Of a DNA stretch of 64,000 nt, positions 49,698-63,243 are shown in pieces; position 1 is the first letter of the stretch, and every line of letters starts with the position of its first letter. The notes under the pieces are model-generated. The model ran no database searches. It saw nothing but the letters and a program-made list of their open reading frames with translations, and was not told the DNA's origin. This DNA is from Bugula neritina (Eukaryota > Animalia > Bryozoa), in assembly GCA_964035545.1 (NCBI GenBank), contig OZ037767.1, positions 19,050,628 to 19,114,627 of the forward strand. Reading direction: 5' to 3'. The translations under genes and the position numbers were made by a program.

Positions 49698-52600
49698 TCT
49701 TTACTGCTGGGTGTACTGTAACACTGTTGACCCACACATACTTCTACAATAATCTGGGTGTTCAACAGCTACAACTAAATATAGTACTAGCACTCCTGAT
49801 GCTGTAATTTTTGTATTTTTGTCGTATTATTTTAAAATATGACTATGTATATGTATAATACTTCATTTATTGGTCATTTCATGTATTTAGCTACGCACTT
49901 TGTTTGGCCTTGAATTAAAAAGTTGCTATCGATATTACATGGTTTTTTGTTTGTCAGGTAATCAATAATTATTGCTGCAGAGTCCTAAGTTTTGTAATGA
50001 AATTCAAAGCCTTCTATCAAAACGCACATTACAATGCAAATGCGTCAGGGTGATTTGTTTATTCTGGCAGTTGATAACATTTTACATTATTCGTGCAATC
50101 ATATTTATTTGTTTTAAAATTGATTACACTGGAACCATTTGTCCACCTAATTTATGGGAATATGTCATAATTTGCATATTTCATGATTTAGTTTGCATTG
50201 CTGTATGCACCACTAGACAACATTGTAGATATACTGCAATCACACACCATGATGTAACAAACACAGTAACTCACAATTACATCAAACAGTTACGGCAAGC
50301 AGTCACCCTACTAAAAGTCTACAAAAATTTAAAACGAGTTTCAGCACTCGCAAAGATACACCTCCATGAGCTGGCAAAGCTTCACTTTAGTGCAGCATAG
50401 CTTGCAAAATACAGAAGTAAGATTTAATTTATAGAGGGTTCGCTTGTGGAACTTTGACTAAACTTTTCTGCAACATATAACATAATATACAACACATAAT
50501 ATTACTTTGATAGCACCTATATTTATATATTTATTGTTAGTAATTCGATCACCAAATTATTGCTACCTGCTTGAGTTTAGCTATCACAATTTCAAAACCA
50601 AAAATACTGGTTTTGTCTTTTTTACTGGTGGTGACATTTGATCTGGACATCAAAAGACAGTAGTTTAATTAGGAAAGCAAACTTTAATCGTAGGGGTTAT
50701 TTAAAAGCTTTATTTACACATTGAATATATTTCAAGTCCTATAAATTCTCACCTATTCTCACCTGTTTCCTATTTGCCTTGTTAGGGTAAACAAGTGAAG
50801 TTAAAGAGATGAAAGTCTTCATTAAAAAGTGAAGAGTTCTATTGGTAGAGATGGATTAGATGATGGAGTATGTGTGTTTGAGAAAGTGATAGACTATAAG
50901 ATAATATTGGAAGATATTAGAGAAGAAGATGATGAAGTTGTCTCCCCAATTAGTAACAAAATACAACTTGCAAATCTACATTATGCAATTTACTTCTAAG
51001 CATTAAAAATAAAATTAGGAGTAGGAGTGACAGTGACACTAACGTTATATCCTGTAGACAAACAGAATATTTTTTATTTTATTACCCCACATTATGTATG
51101 TGACACTGAATTAAGGACTACAGCTAGTAGTAACTTGAATATGTATGCATGTCCAAACCCCAAATTTTTTATAATTGCACTGCGTGTCTAGCAAAAGTTA
51201 TTTAATCATAATAAACTTTTATCCACAATATACATTAAATAAAAAATTGCTTATTTAAATAATGCGATATAATTTTAAAACATTTAGTATAACATTGATT
51301 GTATAATAGTAGAATTTTCCGATTTGCATGAAAATTTGGATGATAATTTTAAATATTTGCCTTAATTCTTTATTTTGTCATCAGCCCATAACTAATTTGT
51401 AACTATGGTATAACAAACAGTGATGTGTAATTATAGTAGGTACACAAAACGTTCATTTTAACTGCCAAAGATTATTAGAATAAAGAATCATTATAATGGG
51501 TCACAGTAATATTAAATAAGATCATATAATCTAAGCGTTGATAACCAAAATACTAAGTCTAGTTAACACATCACCCCAAAAATTACTATGATGCCAAAGT
51601 TGCAGGAACTCCATCAAAAATAATAGTCATCATTGTTTCAATGTTGAAAATACAATTCAAATAAATGCAAGAATAAAATTGTTGCTATGATAATTTATAG
51701 ACAATACCGCCTACATTCTAACATTGATAGTTTAGTATTTCTCTTCAAGACATTGCTGACAGTTGACATTTTATGCATTATATATAAAAGGCATTGTTGT
51801 AACATATATTTACTATATACTTTGCATATTACGCCATTAAGTGGTGGTCTTCAAGAGTGCGTCTAGTCTAATTCTCTTCAACACATTGGTAACAGGAGTA
51901 AGTAGACATTTTATGCATAAAAGCCATTGCAATGACAAATATTTACTATATTATACTTTGCATAATTAACACATTATGTGGATTATTCAGTACGTAATCA
52001 TAATACTTTATTTTATGGTTAGCACTTCTGCACATCAAACTTGTTATTCGAAGTTGTTGTTCCTTTTTATGACAGATTGTTAAGGAGTGCTGTGTTATGC
52101 ATATCTTGTCAAGCATTTGTATTTGAAGCATTCAAGTTGGTCAGATAGTGTCACATCTGACACATTATAAAGAACCTTCAAACAAAAATTGAAGTTTTCT
52201 GTAGTTGTTAGTATTCTGCTTTTGTATTTACTACTGCAAACACATAGACTTACAGTAAAGCATTTAGAATGGAACAGACGATTTAAATGATTGCAAAATA
52301 AAATAAAATAATTGCATTTTACAAGGTTAATGAAATATTATGTTCATTTTGTTAGTTCAAAAAGCAATAGCATTAAATGAATATCGCTATTCACAAAGCA
52401 AAATAAAAAAAACTTTTATAAGCATACTGCAACCAAAAGCAGTTTTGCAAAAGAAGAAATACATGGTTCATACAAATCACTTCAATCCATTCTTCTTGAA
52501 TTTGACTACAATAGAAACAAAATTTGAATAATTTGTTAATTGTAAATATTATAGAAATATCTTTCGCAGGGAAATGATATAAAATGGAAAGTTCCCTTAA

Positions 52601-52989
52601 AAACCTACCTTAAACCATTTTAAGGCACTAGTACGAATTTCCAGTGCATCATGTTTGCGATAAACACATTGGTTATCTAAAGATATAAAAAATTACATAG
52701 ATCATTCAAACGCTGCTTACTATGCATTACTTAAAAATAGATTAATATGTAATTGAGAAATAGTTAATTAATGCTTTTCATCTTACGAAAATTACACAAC
52801 ATTATGTTCTCTTCTCTCACCTTTAAACTTCCATGGTATCAAACTTTTAGCTCTTTGGCCACCAACAAGGCTTGTGTTTGTCAACACCCCAGCATGCAAC
52901 TAGACATAATATTAGCTCTTCAATATTTTTATTCAAAGTTCATTTTCTTCTACAAAAGACGATGTCTAATTCTGAAATATAATGTTTAG

Positions 52990-53720
52990 ACTACTACAAC
53001 TACTACCACAACCACTACTACAACAACTACTACAACTGCTACTACTACAGCTACTACTACAACAACAACTACTACTATTGCAACTGCTACTATTACAACT
53101 GCTACTACAACTGCTACTGTAACAGCTACTACAAGTGCTACTGCAACAGCTAGTGCAACAGCTACAGCAACAACAACCACATCATAAACAACAACGGCAA
53201 CTACAACAACAACCACAACCACAATAACAACTACTACACCAACAACCACAACAATAACAACCACACCAACAGCAACCACAACAACAAAAATATTAAATAA
53301 ATTAAATAGACATCAAAAATATGTGTATGAAGTTACTGGCACCCCACTAGTAGTACTACTACTAGTACTATTAGTATCAGTACCTCTACTAGAAGTACTA
53401 GTATTATAAATGTAAGTGTAGTACTACTACCACCACTACTACTACCACCACTACTACTACCACTACTACTACTACCATTACTACTACTACCACTACCACT
53501 ACTACCGCTACTACCGCTACCACTGCTACCGCTACCACTGCTACAACTACCACTACTACAGCTACCACTACAACACTACAGTCGCTACTGCTACTACTAC
53601 TGCTACTACTACTACTACTACTACTACTACTGCTACTACTACTGCTACTACTACTACTGCTACTACTACTACCACTATTACTACTACTAGTACTACTACT
53701 ACTACCACTACTACTACTAG

Positions 53721-53763
<43 letters not shown>

Positions 53764-53870
53764 GCTACTACTACTACCACTATTACTACTACTAGTACTA
53801 CAACCACTACCACTACTACCAGTACTACTACTTCTACTTCTAGTCGTTTACTAGTGCTACTACTAGTAGT
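52990..53870. repeat. Degenerate (ACT/ACA/ACC)n trinucleotide tracts
   Basis: Visible directly. Confidence 0.95.
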
Positions 53871-54048
53871 AGTAGCACTAGTAAACGACTAGAACAGTAG
53901 AAGTAGAAGTAGACTCAAACTGAAAGTTAGGCTTCGCTCACAACTGTTAATGCTTGCATTTAACCAAGGAGAGCGAGTGGCAAAATAATAATTATGGTAT
54001 AGTAGTAGCTTAAAGTTAGTATAATTATATCAAATTAATAGTCAAGTC

Positions 54049-56711
54049 TGTAGTGTTAACCTACCAGGCTAAGCTCTAGCTCCAGAGTGTTCCTTGTTGG
54101 CTTTCCTTCGGCTATCACTTGTCAGTAGCTTTAGTACTTGCTAGCTTGTAGCTTGTCAACATCAGATCATCTTACATGCTCCCTCCTTACAAAAGAGAAG
54201 CAGGGCACAAGAGCGCATTTTCAGAATACCAGAACACATATCTATATTATCATCATCATGATGCTAATAATTCCACATGCCCTTTTCTTTTAAAAGAGAA
54301 GTGCAATCAATTCAAACAAAACTAGCTTTCAACTAATGCCCTTGAATACTTAAACTTATTATGAAGTGGTTCAAAGTGGCTCAGTCCTAGATGTCGAATC
54401 CCACCTCCTCTCATTGCTAGCACTGTTGGGAAGAACAATGCCAAATTTGACATTTATCATATTATCTGCAAGTGAAGTAGCAGCAAGGGTCAAGGCTGAC
54501 TTCTCTTGCTAGCTTGCAGAGTCTTCTATGAGTTAAACTAAGGAACTCACAGGAGCAGACAACATTAGTGGCAATGTTGATGATGTCATGTCAGTACTGA
54601 GGTCAAACCTCACATTTATCATATTATCTGAAAGTGAGATGTCGAGGGTCTGCATATAGACTACACTCGGCTCACACCCCGTGAAGCAACAGCGAGGGTC
54701 ACAACTGACTTCTCTCGTCGGCTTACAGAGTCTTCCATGAGTTAAACTCACGGGAGCAGACAACATTGTTGGTAACTGCTTCTGCCTGTCATTCCATAGT
54801 ATTCCACTGCGATAATGTGTTTATATCATTACAGTGAACATCAATACACTTTTCCATATCTACAACACACATGTATCATTTTATATCAACATTGCAGATC
54901 CAGCAATTTTAACCTAGTAATATCAGCTATACCAAGCAAATTTTCAGTAGAGTTTGCCAATACATAAATCTTGGTATCCACAAATCTGTTGAAGTCGCCA
55001 ATGCAAACCTTAGCTCTGCCTAGCACATTCACCAAAGACTTATCAACACCTGTAATATGCTTATCTGGTTCCTTTAATTTAATGTTCAACTTTTCTGCAG
55101 TCGCCTCAGTAAGTGTAGAAACCTCAGACCCAGTATCTAGCAAGAATTCTACAAGCCTACCACTAACTAGTAAAGTCCTTGTTATTTTAGGACTGACATT
55201 GTGATTATAAGTCACATCACTCTTTTTAGAAAACTTCACTGATTTTAAGGAGTCCATTACTCCGATCCTGTTTTCTCTTTGTTCCACATATCTCTTTTTG
55301 TGATGGTATCTTTCGTTATCAGAACAATCTTGAGCAATGTGGCCAAATTCCTTGCACATGTAGCAACGGGTTTTAGGGCAGTTTCTCACATAATGTCCTG
55401 TACGGTCACATCTAAAGCATCTACCATGACTTTTGTAAGCATTTTGCGATTCATAACTACAATGTTGATATGAATTACATGCCTCCTTTTTCTTTGAAAA
55501 AGAGTTGTCTCCATTGATAGAAGTTATCTTATCATAATTAGATCTATGTAGGACTTTATCTCTTTTCTTACAATGTTCTGAGTTACCATTAGCTTGGTAA
55601 GAATATGTGAGTCTACCAATTGACTGTTCATCTATGCATTCATTGTTTATTGCATTTAAAGCATCCTCAGAAAGTTTACTTAAATGTGCAGCACGACTTT
55701 TTCTTTTCAGCTGTTCCCAGCTTAGGTTAGCATGCTGCAACAAATGTCTACGTAATCCTGTATTTCTTAGACCATTAACTGCTAGTGCAACTGCAAATCC
55801 CATTCTAACATCATCATTATTGCCAAAGTTTATTGCTCTACTTAGCTTCTCAACTCTTAGCAAATAATCAATTTCGTTTTCTCCACAAGCTTGGGTCACA
55901 GTGACAAACTTCATGGTTTTCACATAAAATGTATCATCTCTATCATAGTGAGATTGCAGTAAGTCTAAGGCTAACTCATATCCATCATCAGAGTTATTAT
56001 TCAAATCAAAACCTAATGACTGTAAAGTATCAAGACCTTCTGACCCTACAGCTCCTAACAAAGCTAAAAGCTTTCTCCTACCTCTAAATCTGCTAACCTG
56101 TTCATCCCCTATTACTTCAAACCCTGCATTAAGGGAAGTAACTTCTATACTCAATTTAAATTGAATGAGCCATGAGTTCCAAGATTTGGTTATGTTGCTT
56201 TCATCCAACTTTAATTTGGGAAAAGCATTAAGGTCTAATTTGATGTCTTCATGAGCCATACTACACTTGAGCAGTTTTAATAGAGTAAATAAAACAATTT
56301 AATTTTAAGCAGCTATCTTGTGATTATGCACTGTACTCTCAGTTTCAATCTCTGGGCATCCGTGTCTTTTTAAGTTTAATTCTCAGTTCCTTTCGCAGTC
56401 ACTCTTATTCTGAATCTATTAGTATTCTTTATAAATTGCTCAAAAGTCAACACTCACCACCTTTCTCAACAAGCCTCTCAACTCTTTTTTCCAAATATAA
56501 ACCTCTGAAGTCTAGTGAACTCCTAACAACACACTTCTCTCTTTTGTAACTCTTGTCTCCTCAATATCCTGCTGACTGCGCCATGTAGTGTTAACCTACC
56601 AGGCTAAGCTCTAGCTCCAGAGTGTTCCTTGTTGGCTTTCCTTCGGCTATCACTTGTCAGTAGCTTTAGTACTTGCTAGCTTGTAGCTTGTCAACATCAG
56701 ATCATCTTACA
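54049..56711 (-). mobile_element. Young non-autonomous Ty3/gypsy-like LTR retroelement (2663 bp)
   Basis: Identical 128-bp TG...CA LTRs at 54049-54176 and 56584-56711; 5-bp TSD AAGTC; PBS TGGCGCAGTCAGCAGGAT (tRNA-Ser-like) after the 5' LTR; purine-rich tract before the 3' LTR. Confidence 0.95.
54886..56259 (-). CDS. Gag-protease polyprotein (457 aa)
   Basis: Two CCHC knuckles (CFRCDRTGHYVRNC, CYMCKEFGHIAQDC) and aspartic protease motifs FLLDTGS and NLLG. No RT, RNase H or integrase follows. Confidence 0.92.
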   Translation of the reverse strand: MAHEDIKLDLNAFPKLKLDESNITKSWNSWLIQFKLSIEVTSLNAGFEVIGDEQVSRFRGRRKLLALLGAVGSEGLDTLQSLGFDLNNNSDDGYELALDLLQSHYDRDDTFYVKTMKFVTVTQACGENEIDYLLRVEKLSRAINFGNNDDVRMGFAVALAVNGLRNTGLRRHLLQHANLSWEQLKRKSRAAHLSKLSEDALNAINNECIDEQSIGRLTYSYQANGNSEHCKKRDKVLHRSNYDKITSINGDNSFSKKKEACNSYQHCSYESQNAYKSHGRCFRCDRTGHYVRNCPKTRCYMCKEFGHIAQDCSDNERYHHKKRYVEQRENRIGVMDSLKSVKFSKKSDVTYNHNVSPKITRTLLVSGRLVEFLLDTGSEVSTLTEATAEKLNIKLKEPDKHITGVDKSLVNVLGRAKVCIGDFNRFVDTKIYVLANSTENLLGIADITRLKLLDLQC

Positions 56712-56958
56712 AAGTCAACAATCGAAGTTAAAAAGTCTGTAGAGCTATTTGAATGTAAGCCTTTTAAAATTAATGCGGCTTCTTCGAGAGGCTTTTTCAT
56801 TCTGTTGATGTCAAGGTTGAATGTCATAGCGGAATTCCAACAACTTCCTAGTAGAATTCCTTTAGGCCGTGCCTTGCAGCCGAAGCTTTTACTTTTTTAT
56901 GCGCGCTAAGGCACTGTGCGTCTACGTCATTTTCTGGCGTAAGTAATATGTACAAAAA

Positions 56959-57285
56959 GGGGAATTCCCTTATCATTAAATAGCAATTTGTATATGGGAA
57001 TGCAGGCGAGTGCTGCGCGGATCACTCGATGAAGCAACTAGTCTAATGTACGAGTAGTAATATCTATACATGAACTTATGTAAGAATGTCTGATGAAGGT
57101 TTTTTTGGCAAGCTGAGAACTATATAGCTGACTACACTGAAGATATGGTTCACAAAGGAGCAAGTATAACCACATGTCTTCAATGATATCACCACAGGTA
57201 CTGTTAGAACTTAGACCCCTGACCCATTACCTATAGATCTTGGGGCCTGGCCACAATGCGTGTCGTACACTCAGGGAAATTTCCC
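56959..57285. promoter_or_regulatory. Two palindromic kappaB-like sites upstream of ZNFX1-like B
   Basis: GGGGAATTCCC at 56959-56969 and GGGAAATTTCCC at 57274-57285, near a locally CpG-rich patch with a TACGTCA CRE-like half site at ~56923. Confidence 0.4.
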
Positions 57286-57642
57286 TTAGCCTGCCATACA
57301 ATCCCAATCTACACAATACACTGGTACTATATTGTCAGGCATGATTAAACTTGTAACAAAAGCTAGACTAGTATCTTTTATAATAAAATCAATAAATCCA
57401 TTTTATTGTTCAATCAGGTTTCACTATAGGTGCTAAATCACTTTGACTATGGAGCTCACATTTACTAGCAGCGATTTCATATGAAGTCTGTCTGTTAAGA
57501 AGAAATTAATCTTGCTGCATATATTATGAAACAGTTCTGGAAATAAAGAATGTCAAAGAGAAAACTTAACAGGTAAGTTTGATGGCAATGAAAAAAGATA
57601 TGATTGTAGCCTAGTAGTAATAAGGTTAATCAATTTAATAGG

Positions 57643-57645
<3 letters not shown>

Positions 57646-57731
<86 letters not shown>
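57646..57731. repeat. (AT)n microsatellite
   Basis: Pure AT run. Confidence 0.98.
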
Positions 57732-57739
<8 letters not shown>

Positions 57740-58782
57740 AATTTTGCATTTGCTTCTATAATAATGTTGTGTATATAATAATATTCTACATATAGCAACA
57801 AATAATTCACTCCTAAGGTTAATAAAGCGGCTCATTTAAAGAGATATGGCGGCATTTTAGAAGGAATCTGTTAGCTAATTTTGTCTCTGGTTTGTGAAAT
57901 ATTTTTATCAATAATTGTTAAATCAGAATCAAATATAGACAGCAATTTTATCACAGATGAGACAGTTCTTAATACAATCATTGCGATTTAATTTGTCTGT
58001 GATATCTCATATTGATTAAAGTTGAAATAATTTGTAATAAAAACTAAGCACACCTCTATGCTTTATGTGAAACATTCAGTTATTCAGCAGTTGTAATTAT
58101 CTACTTTATTATCCAAGGTAAACAGCTCAATCATCATGTTTTATTCAGTTGCTTCAATGGTAGGACAACTTCTATATATGTTTACAAGAAACAAAGAGAA
58201 GTATAACTACCATATTTACACAGTTTACATTACATTTGTTCTGTGTTAGCAACGGCTTGCCTAATTGTTGTAATACTTGGCAAGAAAATCTGAGTTAATG
58301 TGAATATAGAATTGGATTGACTGCAAACTTGTTAATAAAGCATTATTGTTATCTGCAAGCTGTCATGCTGTATAACCAAGGATGTGCTGATGTCGCAACC
58401 TAAACAGTTTCCTTGCTGCATTCAATATGATAAAAATGTGGGTTAGATTGAAGCTGATTGCATTGGACTGACTTGTGTTTGTAGCCGAAAGTATTGGCCA
58501 AGTTAGGATTGTAGACTCGGTTCTTATATGGGTGTAAACTTGCTTATCATATTCTTCACAAACCAAGTGGCTATTTGATTTACTAGTCAATTTGTTTAAT
58601 AGAGTAGAGTTGTGATGCCTATATAGAATCATTGCAGCACAATAAGCCACATTAACAATTTTAAGTACGCAAGCTTCAGGTATTTGTTAACAAATTATTC
58701 CTGCAATAACCTTTTTGTAGTATAGCTTCTTGCTTCATTGCATCAGTCTCATGATTTATTTGCAGAGATTCTTTTTTTACAG

Positions 58783-61700
58783 TGCATTGAATGAGGGTGG
58801 CAGATGTGGCTCTCCTAACCCACCAAAGAAGAAATACCGAAAACAGCCTATTGGATTTCATAAGTATATGTTTCTTTACTTCTTTGATTATAAGATATAA
58901 TGTTATATTTTACTTCCTTTACAAAAGTCAAGCATAAATCAAAGTATGTGCATGGGTGTTTGGCTAAATTTATTGCAGATATTAGTCCGTCATAGTGCAT
59001 AAAACAAAAGATAATAAAACTATGAAAATTCAAACTGATCAGTAATTTGCACTAAAAAATATATACAGACCGTTTTGTTCAATTAGTGTTTCATGCTCGC
59101 ATTATGTTATTGTTATAATGTTATTGTTATGTCATTAACATATATAAGCAAGCATAATAAAATGAGTGTTGAAGCATTCAAATGTTTCAATTTGTTGCTC
59201 AAGTATAGCTCTTAGCTAGTTATAGTCAACAACCTTTGTAATATTTAGATATACAACTTCATTACCTGCTCTCACATACCAACTTAACTCTACATGCAAG
59301 AAGTCAAAACACGAAAGTATCTGACAGTTATTTATAGCCCCAGTGAACTAATAAAACTCATTGCATTTAAACACCAAATGTTGTATGTAAAATACAAGAA
59401 AGAGAAGAGCTTACAGTCAACAAAGAATTACATTATTACAATACAACCCTAAAAGCATTGTCTGGTAGGCTTTTAAGTTTGCCATTAACTTTATATGGCA
59501 ATTATTTTTACAGTGTCTCTACTTTAATTTTTATAATAGCTATTACGTGGGCTATAATAATATTTCAGACTAAAAGGAATAGCCAATCAAAGCCCAGAAG
59601 AAGCGGTAATAAAGTGCTGTGATGAAATGTTCTTTGAACTGCTGGCTGATGCTGACAAAGGTCAAGACTGGATTGACCTTGAACTTAAATCGATCGCCAC
59701 AGCACTAACTGTCAATGACACAATGAAGTCTTACAGGAATAAGCTGAGCACTGAACTGTTGTATAATAAACCTGAATTCTTGAAAGAGGTGAGTATACAC
59801 ATGTAGAAAGTTTTTATGGTCTGATTTTGTGATCTTGGATTTCCCAGTAGCCCTTGTGGTGTGTTAACACACTAACAAGCAAGCTAGCTTTCATACGGAA
59901 GGTCTGTGGTCTCGAGTCCGAGTAGAGGCAACAATTTTACAGATATCTTCTATAACAACATAGTGCTATAATAATATAGTGCTAATGTGTTGTTGCTTTT
60001 AAACATTTCTACAATTAATGATATTATGATGGAATGATCTGGTAGTATTGTGAGAATTAATAAAGTGTGAATTTAAACAAGATAAATCAATGAAACCATA
60101 CGAAGGTTCTATTTGCCTCCATTATAAGCAACTTTGGATCTCATAGCATTAACCAATTAATAGTAGTTTATGCAAATTGATGTGTTTGGTTCTTAATCAA
60201 TTCATAATATAATAAGAAAAAAGTTTATTGCATAAATGCTAAAAATGTAACGGAGAGAAATAATTAATTTTAAGCGCTATTGGCTCCAAAATGACATGAT
60301 CTTGTGTATGAAACTAGCTATGTAGTTATAGAAACTATTATTACACTTTTTTGATTTAATACTTCATATAATGTTATATAGTTACTAATAATTTTAAATA
60401 GAGCAAAAGGTTTGGTTACCTTTGTCTGTATAGCTCATACTTGAAACCTTTGGTGCTTGCAATATTTCCTGGAACGTCAAGGACAGTAGACATACCTTAA
60501 ATAAACAACAATACTTATAATAATGTCATTAAAATAATTTAATAATTGTTCAAAATATTTTCTAAGGTGCTATTTTTAAATTTTATTCATAAATTATCAA
60601 ACAGCAGTCAATGGCTCTATAGCTATAGCCAATCAATCATCTATATAAGATGGCTTTAAGTGATTTATATTTTCTAGTTGTCTATAAATTTTCTAGATTT
60701 TTCTTGCCGTATAGTTGGTAACTGCTGTCTAAATTTTTTAGATTTGTGTTAAAAGACTAGAGAAGGAACTGCTGACAGGCCAAGCAAAGCCACGACAGGA
60801 GCTGCTCGGCTCACTAAACCAGTTTCTAGAGATATACAACATCCTGCAACGACTTGACCCGTCAACCAGAAAAATCTTATCTTCTTCGCTAAAAGTGGTA
60901 AAAGGCACATTTCCATCAAACTCTGATCATTATGCTGATGTCCAAAGTAAATACGATCGGGTGATCAGGGATGCTCATCAATGCCAGAAGTTGGAGCTCC
61001 AGCAGAGTGGACAGTAAGTGATGAGATTCTGTAACAAAGTTGTATAACAGTTTTCGGTTGTATATTTTGGTAGAGTTGAGATTTTACTGTAGCCTTTGTG
61101 GTGCAATAGTTAGCGTGCCAGTTTGCAAGCTGGAAGTCATGGTTTTGAATTACATTGGGGGCAAAAGTTTTATAACTTTATAGTCAGTTGCAAAAAGTAT
61201 GCATTTATATGTTACAGCAAAATGGGGCTGCCTTTGTTATTTTGATGCTTCAATAGCAACATTTTGTAACATCAATTTGGCTGTCCTGAAGCATGATTAA
61301 CTGTGATAGAAATAGTTGCCACAGGTTGTGAGAATAAATTTTGGCAAATGAAGTTTCTAAACGGTGACTTGGGTGAATTTTCCATGTCACAAGCAAAGCA
61401 ATTTAAGAGTTGCACTTTTTGATGGCAGTTATGATAAAAGTAGATTATTTAGCTGTTCTGTTTGATACTTCTGTAGAGAGGTACAAGTTGTTGCAAGGCA
61501 GGGAAGAGTTTGTGTAGAGGAGCGACCATCGGACGACTTCAGAAGTATTTCAGTCCCACCTACCCTCAAAGACATTGACTCTGCATTCAAAGTCAGTCTG
61601 AGAAAAAACAAGGCCAATGGAGGTTTGCATCATGTGGTCTGTTTGTAATGTGTGGACTGATTAAATTTTGGAGTGAAGACTTATTGGAACAATATTATTT

Positions 61701-63243
61701 TAGCAAAGAAAACTAAAATGCTATAACTATATAATACAAGAGTAAATGTGCAAAAATCAATTAATTGATTTTATATTGTTAAAACTAAACTTACAAAACT
61801 TGATTACAGTTCCTTTAAAAAAGTTATTTACATAATTTTGTTATAAAAGTTTTTTAACTAATTTTTTGTTGATTATTAGTTTAATACCTGCTTTGTAAAA
61901 TGTGTTTCTGTGAAACTAAGGTTCAGTGTAGACTATTTTCCTTGCGCAGTTCTATTGTTGCTTTTAAAATTTGAAACATCTTTGGCGACAGGGATATTGC
62001 TGAGAAACTGTTCATTCACTAATTGTTTGAGTATTTAAAGTAATGCAACACTGCCAAGTTAAAGAGATTATTATGCGTTTATTTAATACAATATATACGC
62101 AAGTAAAACTATATAAGACTTAGAAAACAAGTTACATAATTCCAGACTGAGCATTCACAACTTATTACTAGCTAATTCACTGCCTGACTGCCGGCTATCG
62201 AAGCGCGATAGCTATCAGCTGGATTAGTTCTAATTACTGAGCTCCTCCCATAGTCCATAGCATATTGTAGTGAATTTCCCAATTTACTATATTATGTGGT
62301 TCGACTTATACAAAGCTACTTCACCAGATTGATCACGTTATACAGAGTTTTTTATTTACAAAGATACAATAAATGAACTACTACTAAATGAATTACACGA
62401 TTACATAATACTGAGCACTTTGTACACAACTGCTCTATGCCAAGTCCCAAGCTGCTCTGCCCGGCTAGCTACTTAGTGTGCTTCCACTACGCGTAGCTAG
62501 CTCCACCTGATATCAATTAACAGTCCTTCCTGATTGGCTAGTATTAGTGGTGCCACTGTCGACCATAATATGCATGTCGGCTGGGAGTCGATGTAGTCGA
62601 CCTCCACAAAAAGATAACATAGAGTCAACCCTTTCGATATATAAACTAGATTACTAATTGCATTACTAAAATCCATTACAATATGTTAGTAGCGTAGTAA
62701 GCAATTACTAGCAGGCTGCTACGCATTACTGTAGTAGAAACGTAGTAGGAGAGTTGTCCTTTCAACAATAAAATAACTCCTACACAAAATCCTTACAATA
62801 ATATCACAACTAAAACATTGGCAAACCTCAGCATAGTTAAATATTCTAAAAAAAAATTTCGTAACTAAACATTTCAAAAAATAGTATTTACTCATAATTT
62901 TTTCGGTTTTATACTAATTGCAGTATTTTTTTAAATAATTTCTTTAAAGTTGTTGTGTTTTGATATAGGATCCAGAGGTAATTAAAAATATGTAACTGGT
63001 AATTTATAGCTTGTTTGAAATATTTTCCGTAGGATATAAAGATCAGGACGATTACTTGGACACCCAGTTTCGACTTCTCCGCGAGGATTTCATCTCAACT
63101 GTTCGAGAAGGAGTTCGAGATGTGAAAAAAAATTTGCATAAAGCCAAATCCGGAAAGCTCAGATGTGACAACTGTAGGGTTTACACAGAGTTTGAAATAA
63201 AGTGTGAAGAATTGACATGGGATGGTAGACTCTGCGTGGTTAG
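58783..63243 (+). CDS. ZNFX1: ZNFX1-like helicase paralog B, N-terminal exons (continues beyond right edge)
   Basis: Exons 58783-58863, 59569-59788, 60742-61013, 61477-61622, 63033-63243 mirror paralog A exons (220, 272 and 211 nt lengths identical). Motifs PSDDFRSISVPPT and [13 protein letters not shown]. Start codon not located. Confidence 0.9.
62266..62680. mobile_element. Probable solo LTR (415 bp) in a ZNFX1-B intron, possibly nested in another repeat
   Basis: TGTAGTG...CATTACA termini flanked by ATAT on both sides. Confidence 0.55.

Noticed and set aside
49001-49807. Long His/Thr and Cys/Val ORFs in several frames
   Set aside because: Translations of a (GT)n microsatellite.
49972-50400. 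142-aa plus-strand ORF
   Set aside because: Non-ATG start, no recognisable motif or splice framework.
51735-51965. Short degenerate direct repeat (~110 bp, two copies)
   Set aside because: Ordinary local duplication with no coding or structural signal.
52986-53813. Poly-Val ORFs resembling membrane proteins
   Set aside because: Trinucleotide repeat translations.
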